Assembly (NCBI GenBank): GCA_963667725.2
Contig: CAXXHO010000003.1
Coordinates: 1,952,001-2,016,000 of the forward strand
DNA from: Treponemataceae bacterium
Lineage (GTDB): Bacteria; Spirochaetota; Spirochaetia; Treponematales; Rectinemataceae
DNA length: 64,000 nucleotides
Direction: 5' to 3'
Part shown: piece after piece, positions 56,672-64,000 of the stretch
Position numbering within the stretch: the first letter of the stretch is position 1
Layout: each line of letters opens with the position of its first letter
Position numbers and translations under genes: made by a program
Notes under the pieces: generated by a model
What the model was told of the DNA's origin: nothing
Database searches by the model: none
What the model saw: only the letters and a program-made list of their open reading frames with translations

Positions 56672-57809
56672 CAAAAAAACGAAAAGACCGGGATTTTTCG
56701 GTTCGATACGTCTTTTCTTCACCGACAGGGACAAGCTCGAGCCAGCCCTCATCACCATTCTTGCCGGCGCTTTCTCCATACTGATGGGCGTGGGGCTCAT
56801 CTTCATCGTCAGCAAGGATCCCGTCACATCGACGAAGAATTTCCTTCTCGGGCCGGTTTTAAGGACTTATAACTTCTATTACCTCATGATCGCCATGGTG
56901 CCCATCACCTTCACGGGCCTGGCTATGTGCATCATCTATAAACTGAGGTATATGAGCCTGATCGTCGACTCGAGCTTCTACATCGGCGCTGTCGTCGCCA
57001 CGGCCATCGGCGTCAAGCTCAGCCTTCCGCCAGGGATTCATCCCGCGGTGGCGATGATAGCCGCCGGGCTCGTCGGAGGCCTCATCGGCCTTCTGCCCGC
57101 CATCCTCAAGATAAAGTGGAGGGCCAACGAGCTTGTCTCCTCACTGATGTTCAACTACATCTTCTACTTTATTGGAAGCTTCATCATCCTCTACTATCTG
57201 CGCGACAGGGACCAGACGATTCTCGCATCCCTGCCCTTCCAGAAGAGCTTCAACCTTCCCAAGCTCGTCGAGAACACGCAGCTGCACGCCGGTTTCATCA
57301 TCGCCGCGGTCTTCGTCGTCATCGTGTCGATTTTCCTGTTCCGGACGCGCTGGGGTTTCGAGATCAGGATAGCCGGCGCGAATCCTAAATTCGCGGCCTA
57401 CGCTGGCATTCCCGTGGCGACAGTCGCCCTCTATGCCCACTTTGTCGCGGGCTTCATCGGCGGCCTCGGCGGCGCCGTGGAAATGTCAGGGCTCTACAGG
57501 GCCTTCATCTGGCAGATGAATCCGTCCTATGCCATGGATGGCGTCATCGTCGCGATGCTCGCGCGAAAGAACCCGAAATTCGTGCCCCTCTCGGCGTTTT
57601 TCCTCGCCTACCTGAGGGTGGGCGCCGACTTCATGTCCAGGCGCGGCGACGTGGCTTTCGAGTTCATAACACTCCTCCAGGGCATGATCATCCTCATCCT
57701 CGCCTCGGATAAAATCCTTAACTACTTCAAGGCGCGCAGACTGCGCAGGAATGCCCTTCTCGCCGAATCTTCGGCTAACGCCGCGGCGGCGCAAGGAGGC
57801 CAGGCATGA
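56664..57809 (+). CDS. Nucleoside ABC permease 1
   Basis: Multi-TM; ANELVSSLMFNY, GFEIRIAGANPKFAAYAGI. Confidence 0.9.
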   Translation: MNSKKTKRPGFFGSIRLFFTDRDKLEPALITILAGAFSILMGVGLIFIVSKDPVTSTKNFLLGPVLRTYNFYYLMIAMVPITFTGLAMCIIYKLRYMSLIVDSSFYIGAVVATAIGVKLSLPPGIHPAVAMIAAGLVGGLIGLLPAILKIKWRANELVSSLMFNYIFYFIGSFIILYYLRDRDQTILASLPFQKSFNLPKLVENTQLHAGFIIAAVFVVIVSIFLFRTRWGFEIRIAGANPKFAAYAGIPVATVALYAHFVAGFIGGLGGAVEMSGLYRAFIWQMNPSYAMDGVIVAMLARKNPKFVPLSAFFLAYLRVGADFMSRRGDVAFEFITLLQGMIILILASDKILNYFKARRLRRNALLAESSANAAAAQGGQA

Positions 57810-58813
57810 TCGAATTCATCGTAAACGTATTTACCTCGGCCAATTATTGGTTCATCGTGCTGCGTTCCACGGCGCCGATTCTCCTCGTCACCCTGGGCGC
57901 CGTTATCACTGAATCCGCGGGCATCAAAAATATGGCGCTCGAAGGATCAATGCTCTGGGCAGCCCTTGTCGGCGTCATCGTCAGCTCCTGGACGGGCAGC
58001 GCCTGGCTGGGCCTCCTCGGGGGCATCCTCGCCGCGGTGGCCATCGCCCTTACCCTGGGGCTCTTCGCCCTCAAGCTGGACGCCAACGCCGTGCTCTGCG
58101 GCGTCGCCCTCAACCTCTTCTCGACGGGCGGAACGGTATTCGTCCTCTTCTCCCTCACGGGAGACAAGGGAATTTCCTCTTCGCTGGCGAGTAAAACCCT
58201 CCCCTTCATCAAGATTCCATTCATCCAGGATATTCCCTGGCTGGGTAAGGTGATATCGGGACAGAACGTGGTCATCTGGCTCGCGATAGCGGCCGTGGTC
58301 GTCGTCCATTTCATCATGAACAAAGCCACAATTGGACGGAGAATCAAGGCGACCGGCGAAAATGTGGAAGCGGCCAAGGCGGCGGGCATCGACCCCGATC
58401 ATATCAAGTTCTTTACCCTCATCGTCTCGGGCGTCCTCGCGGGCATCGCCGGATGCTTCCTCAGCATGGGATACACCTCCAACTTCACCTCCGGAATAGC
58501 GGCAGGCCGCGGCTATGTGGCCAACGCCGCCCAGGTCGTCGCGGGCGGTACCGCCGTGGGAGCGATCTTCGCATCCCTGATCTTCGGCCTCACCGACGCC
58601 ATGGCCACCTACCTGCAGAACGTCGGCCTGCCGCCCGAACTCATCCAGGCCCTGCCTTATTTCGTGACCATTCTCGGCTTCATCGTCGTTACCCTGATCC
58701 GCGACAGGCGCGAGTCCATCCGCAAGAAGAAGCTCTTCGAGGGCAAGCTGCCGAAAGGCGGGCTGAAGCCCGTCATGACGGGCTCGGACGCGGGCGGAGC
58801 GACGCCGGTATGA
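57806..58813 (+). CDS. Nucleoside ABC permease 2
   Basis: ESAGIKNMALEG, IKATGENVEAAKAAGI, AGRGY, ALPYFVT. Confidence 0.9.
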   Translation: MIEFIVNVFTSANYWFIVLRSTAPILLVTLGAVITESAGIKNMALEGSMLWAALVGVIVSSWTGSAWLGLLGGILAAVAIALTLGLFALKLDANAVLCGVALNLFSTGGTVFVLFSLTGDKGISSSLASKTLPFIKIPFIQDIPWLGKVISGQNVVIWLAIAAVVVVHFIMNKATIGRRIKATGENVEAAKAAGIDPDHIKFFTLIVSGVLAGIAGCFLSMGYTSNFTSGIAAGRGYVANAAQVVAGGTAVGAIFASLIFGLTDAMATYLQNVGLPPELIQALPYFVTILGFIVVTLIRDRRESIRKKKLFEGKLPKGGLKPVMTGSDAGGATPV

Positions 58814-60213
58814 GCGGTCCAGCCGCCCCGGGCGCCCTCGCCGATTTCATCGTCGAGGGCGCCGTCATCCTCTGCCTGGATCCCGAATGGCGAATCTTCG
58901 AACCAGGCTACCTCGCGGTGCGCGACGGCCGGATCAGCGCCGTCGGCCCCGCCGAAGAGGGCGCGGCCATCCAGGCCAAGCGGCGCGTCGACGCCGCGGG
59001 CAAGCTTCTCATGCCAGGCTTCGTCAACACCCACACCCACGTTCCCATGTCGGCCTTCCGCGGCGCCTGCGAAGACGTCAAGGACAGGTTGATCCGCTTC
59101 CTCTTCCCCCTCGAGCGCGACCTCGTGCGGCCGGAGCTCGTCTACTGGTCGACGCTCTACTGCCTCACCGAGATGGCGCGATCGGGCACCACCACCTTCG
59201 CGGACATGTACTATTTCGAGGATGAAGTCGCCAAGGCGACGAAAAAAGCCGGCATGCGCGCCCTCCTCGGGGAGACCGTGCTCGGCCAGGCCGCGCCCGA
59301 CGCAGCCCAGGCCTACGGCGGCATCGACTACGCGAAGGACTTCATCGCCGAATGGAAGAAAGACGGGCTCATCGATCCCTGCTTCGCCCCGCACGCTCCC
59401 TACACCGTGGATCGCGCCCACCTGGAACTGCTGCGCGACGAGGCCGAGCGCCTCGACACCGACATCATGATCCACGTGGCCGAGATGGATTTCGAGAACA
59501 GGCAGTTTTCGGAGAGCCACGGTTCGGTGCTGCGCTATCTCGATTCGATAGAAGGCCTTCTCTCCCCGCGCTTCCTCGCGGCCCACATGCTCTACGTGGA
59601 CGATGAGGACATTGCTCTCGCGGCGAAGCGCGGCATGCGCGTCGCCCACTGCCCGGCCTCGAACGCCAAATCGGGCCGCCTCATCTGCCCGGCCTGGCGC
59701 CTCGCGAAGGCCGGCGTCCCCCTGGGTCTCGCCACTGACGGCCCCCTGTCCGGAAACGGCATGGACATGGAAGGCGTGCTGGGTCTCTTCCCTAAAATGC
59801 AGAAGGTGAGGGAAGGCAGGCGCGAGATAGTGAGCGCCAGGGAAGCCCTGCGCGCCGCCACGTTGGGCGGCGCCGAAGCTCTCCATTTATCCGACAGGAT
59901 CGGATCGCTCGAAGAGGGTAAGCGCGCCGACTTCGTCATTGTCGACCTGAACGACTTCAACATGCAGCCGGTCTACGATTGGTATTCGACGGTCGTCTAC
60001 GCGATGAGACCGCACAACGTCGAGTCCGTCTTCGTGGAGGGCAGACAGATCGTGGAGGGGCGCAGGATGACGGGCTTCGACCAGGATGAGGCGATGGCGG
60101 AAATGATGAAGATAAAGGGCAACTGTTCGGCCTTCATCGCCGATATCGCCGCGAGGCTTGCCGACTCCGTCAAAGATCCATCGTCGATCGGTACGGCCTG
60201 GCGTTCGCCTTGA
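58810..60213 (+). CDS. Metal-dependent amidohydrolase (MTA/SAH deaminase-like)
   Basis: PGFVNTHTH, GTTTFADMY, APHAPYT, HVAE, HCPASN, LATDG, GSLEEGKRAD. ATGA overlap with permease 2. Confidence 0.9.
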   Translation: MSGPAAPGALADFIVEGAVILCLDPEWRIFEPGYLAVRDGRISAVGPAEEGAAIQAKRRVDAAGKLLMPGFVNTHTHVPMSAFRGACEDVKDRLIRFLFPLERDLVRPELVYWSTLYCLTEMARSGTTTFADMYYFEDEVAKATKKAGMRALLGETVLGQAAPDAAQAYGGIDYAKDFIAEWKKDGLIDPCFAPHAPYTVDRAHLELLRDEAERLDTDIMIHVAEMDFENRQFSESHGSVLRYLDSIEGLLSPRFLAAHMLYVDDEDIALAAKRGMRVAHCPASNAKSGRLICPAWRLAKAGVPLGLATDGPLSGNGMDMEGVLGLFPKMQKVREGRREIVSAREALRAATLGGAEALHLSDRIGSLEEGKRADFVIVDLNDFNMQPVYDWYSTVVYAMRPHNVESVFVEGRQIVEGRRMTGFDQDEAMAEMMKIKGNCSAFIADIAARLADSVKDPSSIGTAWRSP

Positions 60214-61614
60214 ACTCGGCCTTGGCTGCGGTGAGGATTTCCGGCTCGGTGACGAGCCCGAAGCCCGCGAGCGCCATGCAGGAGCCCGCCCAGCGCATGG
60301 CCTTGAAGGCCCATGTAGAACCGGAGGCCGCGCAGGACTGCCAGGTGTGGGCGCCGATGCCGAGAGGCCAGGTGGCCGCGTTCATCTGCCCCACCGGGAC
60401 GACATAGGACACGTCGCCCGTATCGAGAGAACCGCCTATCCTTTTCCCTTCACCAAAATCGCCCAACGTTCTGTGGATGGGCGATTTCAGTAAATCGAGC
60501 GGGGCGCCGATCGGCGCGAGGGTCGCTTTCCTGTCGTCTTTTCCACGGTCGCCTGGAGGCTTTTCGCGAAGGCGAGTTCCTCGGGCGTAGGCACGGGCAG
60601 GGGCAGGCTACCCATCGCCCTGTACAGAAGATCCTGGATGGCGTAGTTCGGCCTGTAATCGCACTTTCCGGCTTTTATCTCCGACGTGAAACTCGTCTCC
60701 GTCATGAGGGCCGCGCCCTGCGCCGCCTTCATTATGCGCTTCATGACGAGGGGAACGATATCGGCCGTCGGGGCGCGAACATAGAGAAAGGTCGCGGCGT
60801 GCGCCGGCACGATGTTGGGCCTGTCGCCGCCGTCGCTGATCACGTAGTGCAGAAGGATGCCGGGGCTGAGATGCTCGCGCATGAATTCGAGCGAAAAATT
60901 GAAGAGCTGGACGGCGTCGAGGGCCGATCTTCCCGCCTGAGGCGCCATGCCGGCGTGGCTCGCCCTGCCTTTGAAGGAAAAGACGAGGCTCAGGTTGGCG
61001 CTCGAGGTATAGCGGTGCGGCGTGTTCACGTCGGCGCCGTGCCAGGTCATGATGGCGTCGGCGTCGCTGAAGCGGCCGGCCTTCACCATGGGAATGCGCC
61101 CGAGCGATTCCTCGGCCGGGCAGCCGTAATATCTGACTCTTCCGGGGATGCCCCGCGCTTCGAGAATGTGGGCGAGGGTCTCGGCGGCGGCGAGAGAGCC
61201 AGCTCCGAGAAGATTGTGCCCGCAGGCGTGCCCCGGGGCTCCCTCGTTCGCGGGCTTTTTTTCGATGCCGCAGACCTGGGACATGCCAGGCAGCGCGTCA
61301 TATTCGCCCATGAAGGCGATGATGGGTCCCCCCGAACCGCGTTCGGCGACGAAGGAATGCTTCATCTCGGGGTACTCGGTCACCGAGAAGCCTTTGGAGG
61401 CGAGGCGCTTTTCATAGATGGCCGAAGAGCGCTCCTCGTGGAAGGCGACTTCGGGATGTTCCCAGATGTCGCGCGAGATCGCGTCGTATTCGGCGCCGTG
61501 GCGCGCGACGAATTCGGCTATTTCCGCGGCCGCGGACATTGTTGCGGACGGGACCGCGGCCAAGGCCGGCGCCGCGATCGTTTGAGCGTTCTGGAGAGCA
61601 TTGATCTTCTTCAT
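60170..61614 (-). pseudogene. AbgB-like M20 amidohydrolase interrupted by a 1-nt frameshift at ~60539-60542
   Basis: N-part has GEYDALPG, GHACGHNL, GCPAEE, GRSALDAV. C-part GSLDTGDVSYVVP..AHTWQ is in the -1 frame. Adding one A to GAA-AAG restores a continuous ORF. Confidence 0.8.
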
Positions 61615-61639
61615 CGTACAACCTTTGGGTATCGAGAGT

Positions 61640-62470
61640 TCAGAGACCGGCCTTAGCCTTCACGCGACTGCGTCCATCCTTGGCGAACTGGAAACCCGCG
61701 TTGAGTTCCAGTGCCTTTCCGTAGATTTCATAGGCGCGTTTGTACTGGCCAAGTATTTCCTTCACGGCGCCCAGCCTGTACCACCAGTAGTACATGTTCT
61801 TTTCCATCGTGACGGCTGTTGAAAAGGCTATGTCGGCGTGTTCGTACTTCTTGAGCCTCATGTAGCATTCGCCCACGTAATAATAGGCGCTGGACATTCT
61901 TTCCTCGCGCTCGGGGGCCCGCGCGAAATAATCCGCGAAATATTGAAGCGCTTCCTCGTTGCGGTCGAGGAAGTAGAGCGATTCGGCCAAAGTCTCCATA
62001 ATCCTGAAATCCTGGACGGTCTGGAGCGCCTTCTGGCCTATGGTCACGACTTCCTTGTGGCGATCCAAGCGAAAAAGGTTCCAGCACTGGAGGCTGATAA
62101 AGTCAGGGTTGGCGGAGTCTGAGGGAAGGAGTTTCTCGATCATAGCGAGCGAGGAGGAGAAAACCTTGTCCGCTTCGGCTTCCCTGCCGGCCATCTGGAG
62201 CTGGCGTCCTCGCTGATAAAGTTGGGTCGCCGTCTGGTAGGAGGAGCCAGAGGGCGCCGGCTTCGGCGCGGCTGCTGGGTTTGGCGCCGCCGCTGGAGCC
62301 ACCGGCTTCGGCGCTGCCGTGATTGTGGTCGTAGTCGCGCTCGTGACGTTCGCTTCGGGCACTTCCTGCCTGCCTTGGCCATAGGAGGCGGTGACGGCCG
62401 CGAAGGCCAGGACCAGGCAGACCAGCGTGGATTTAGGCGGCAATGCGCGCCGCCGCCTTCGAGTAACCAT
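61640..62470 (-). CDS. Exported tetratricopeptide-repeat protein
   Basis: Arg-rich n-region plus hydrophobic signal, Ala/Pro linker, TPR motifs AYYYVGECY..KKYEHADIAF and WYRLG. Confidence 0.88.
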   Translation of the reverse strand: MVTRRRRRALPPKSTLVCLVLAFAAVTASYGQGRQEVPEANVTSATTTTITAAPKPVAPAAAPNPAAAPKPAPSGSSYQTATQLYQRGRQLQMAGREAEADKVFSSSLAMIEKLLPSDSANPDFISLQCWNLFRLDRHKEVVTIGQKALQTVQDFRIMETLAESLYFLDRNEEALQYFADYFARAPEREERMSSAYYYVGECYMRLKKYEHADIAFSTAVTMEKNMYYWWYRLGAVKEILGQYKRAYEIYGKALELNAGFQFAKDGRSRVKAKAGL

Positions 62471-62529
62471 TATTGCAAAACCTCATTGATTGCCGCGGCA
62501 GCTCGCCGCCGCGCTCTTTTCCCAATCAT
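62470..62529 (-). CDS. Putative mini-ORF MIGKRARRRAAAAINEVLQ (19 aa)
   Basis: ATG overlaps the upstream TGA (ATGA); its TAA overlaps the TPR ATG (TAATG). Confidence 0.45.
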   Translation of the reverse strand: MIGKRARRRAAAAINEVLQ

Positions 62530-62579
62530 TGTAGTACCTCGTTAATAGCCGCAGCTCGCCGCCGCCTTCGAGTTGCCAT
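62526..62579 (-). CDS. Putative mini-ORF MATRRRRRAAAINEVLQ (17 aa)
   Basis: ATG overlaps the oxidoreductase stop (TAATG); ends in a TGA overlapping the next ATG. Confidence 0.45.
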   Translation of the reverse strand: MATRRRRRAAAINEVLQ

Positions 62580-63994
62580 TATTGTAAAACTTCATTTATT
62601 GCGGCGGCGGCGCGTCTCCCCTCGCCCATGGCGAGAATGACGGTGGCCGCCCCAAGCACGATGTCGCCGCCCGCGTAGACGCGGTCGATGCTCGTCTTCT
62701 GTTTTTCGTCGACGAGGATATGGCCCCGCCTATCCACCTTGAGTTCGGGCGTCGTCCTGGATATGAGGGGGTTGGATTCGTTGCCCACGGCCACGATCAC
62801 GGTGTCGAAGGGAACGACCGTCTCGCTTCCGCGTATGGCCACGGGGCTGCGCCTTCCCGATGCATCAGCCTCGCCTAGTTCGAAGGCCGTCACTTCCAGG
62901 CCGATGACCCTTCCGTTCTGGTCGCCGAGGACCCTCGCCGGGCTGCGCAGGAAATCGAAGATGATGCCCTCTTCCATGGCGTGGATCACTTCCTCGCCTC
63001 TGGCCGGCATTTCTTCCCTCGTCCGGCGGTAGAGGATATGGACTTCCTCGGCGCCCAGCCTCATGGCCATGCGCGCCGAGTCCATGGCGACGTTGCCGCC
63101 GCCGAGGACGGCCACCCTCCTTGAAGGATAGAGAGGCGTCGCGGCTTCTCCTTTCCTGTAGGCTTTCATGAGGTTGGTCCGGGTGAGGTATTCGTTGGCG
63201 CTGAAGACGCCGACGAGGTTTTCGCCGGGTATGTCCATGAATTTGGGCAGGCCCGCGCCGGTGCCGATGAAGGCGGCGCTGAAGCCGTCCTCCGTGAGGA
63301 GGGCCGAGAGTTTGCGGGTCCGGCCGACGAGGTAGCTCATCTCGAAGCTCACGCCCATGGATTCGAGGACGCCCGCCTCCGAGGCGACGAGAGCCTTGGG
63401 CAGCCTGAATTCCGGAATTCCGTACACCATGACGCCGCCGGCCTTGTGGAAGGCTTCGAAGACGACGACCTCGTGTCCCTGTCTTCTCACGTCCACGGCG
63501 CAGGTGAGTCCGGCGGGGCCGGCGCCCACGATGGCCACTTTCTTGCCGGTCGAGGCAGCGGCGGGAGGCGGCGCGAGGAGGCCTGAGTTCCGCTCGTAAT
63601 CGGCCACGAATCGTTCGATCCTGCCGATCTGGACGCCTTTTTCGACGCTCTTGAGCGCCTTGCCGAGAGTACAGGGCAGCTGGCACTGCTTTTCCTGGGG
63701 ACAGACTCTTCCGCAGATCGAGGGCAGGAGGTTCGTGCGCTTGATCACCGAAGCCGCTCCAGCGAAGTCCCCTTCCCTGACCTTCCCTATGAATCCGGGA
63801 ATGTCGACGCGGACGGGGCAGCCGGCGACGCAGGGCGCGTTCTTGCACTGGAGGCAGCGTTCCGCCTCCACCATGGCCTGATCAGGCGAATAGCCCGTGG
63901 CCACCTCGTCCATGTTGCTCCGACGCAGGTCCGGGTTCTGGTTGGGCATCTCCTGCACGGGAATCGCCATCCTGTCCCTGGGCGTCAGCGTCAT
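62579..63994 (-). CDS. NfnB/SudA-type NADPH-dependent flavo-Fe-S oxidoreductase (glutamate synthase small-subunit-like); 5' end may lie outside the window
   Basis: CLQCKNAPCVAGC, CGRVCPQEKQC..IGRIE, GAGPAGL, YGIPEFRLPK, GGGNVAMD, YRRTREEMPA, AGGDIVLGAATVILAMGEG. Confidence 0.93.
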   Translation of the reverse strand: MTLTPRDRMAIPVQEMPNQNPDLRRSNMDEVATGYSPDQAMVEAERCLQCKNAPCVAGCPVRVDIPGFIGKVREGDFAGAASVIKRTNLLPSICGRVCPQEKQCQLPCTLGKALKSVEKGVQIGRIERFVADYERNSGLLAPPPAAASTGKKVAIVGAGPAGLTCAVDVRRQGHEVVVFEAFHKAGGVMVYGIPEFRLPKALVASEAGVLESMGVSFEMSYLVGRTRKLSALLTEDGFSAAFIGTGAGLPKFMDIPGENLVGVFSANEYLTRTNLMKAYRKGEAATPLYPSRRVAVLGGGNVAMDSARMAMRLGAEEVHILYRRTREEMPARGEEVIHAMEEGIIFDFLRSPARVLGDQNGRVIGLEVTAFELGEADASGRRSPVAIRGSETVVPFDTVIVAVGNESNPLISRTTPELKVDRRGHILVDEKQKTSIDRVYAGGDIVLGAATVILAMGEGRRAAAAINEVLQ

Positions 63995-64000
63995 CGATCG

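Noticed and set aside
58453..58809. N-terminal extension of the amidohydrolase ORF
   Set aside because: Overlaps permease 2 in another frame; the ATGA-coupled start at 58810 fits the family length.
62440..62620. Tandem repeats as a possible CRISPR array
   Set aside because: Units are divergent, unevenly spaced and coding-frame-structured, with no unique spacers and no cas genes.
1..64000. tRNA, rRNA, IS/transposase, integrase, prophage or classical defence genes
   Set aside because: None recognisable; intergenic regions are short and the coding space is explained by other families.

Overview
64 kb of chromosomal DNA, roughly 60% GC by eye, from what is probably an anaerobic spirochaete (inferred from the spirochaete-type rpsU, a SpiroCoCo-like coiled-coil protein, the def-fmt-PASTA gene order and a PG0541-type RND operon). 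It mixes housekeeping genes (aspS, htpG, rlmE, ackA, priA, fmt, def, rpsU, deoD, an NfnB/GltA-type oxidoreductase) with accessory modules. These are a WYL/GyrI pair; a PaaX-like regulator with four operator-like half-sites exactly 31 bp apart; a Tat-exported split-Soret-type diheme cytochrome with its own System II maturation genes; an RND pump with two outer-membrane factors and a divergent two-component system; an apparent sugar-phosphate sensing and scavenging locus containing a ~97% identical duplicated binding-protein gene; and a BMP nucleoside ABC transporter with amidohydrolases, one of them frameshifted. The most unusual signal is at 62470-62620: two unannotated, translationally coupled mini-ORFs repeat the oxidoreductase C-terminus (AAAINEVLQ*) using only synonymous codon changes and link it to a TPR gene. 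I saw no tRNA, rRNA, CRISPR array, transposase or integrase. All calls come from motif reading; no database searches were run.
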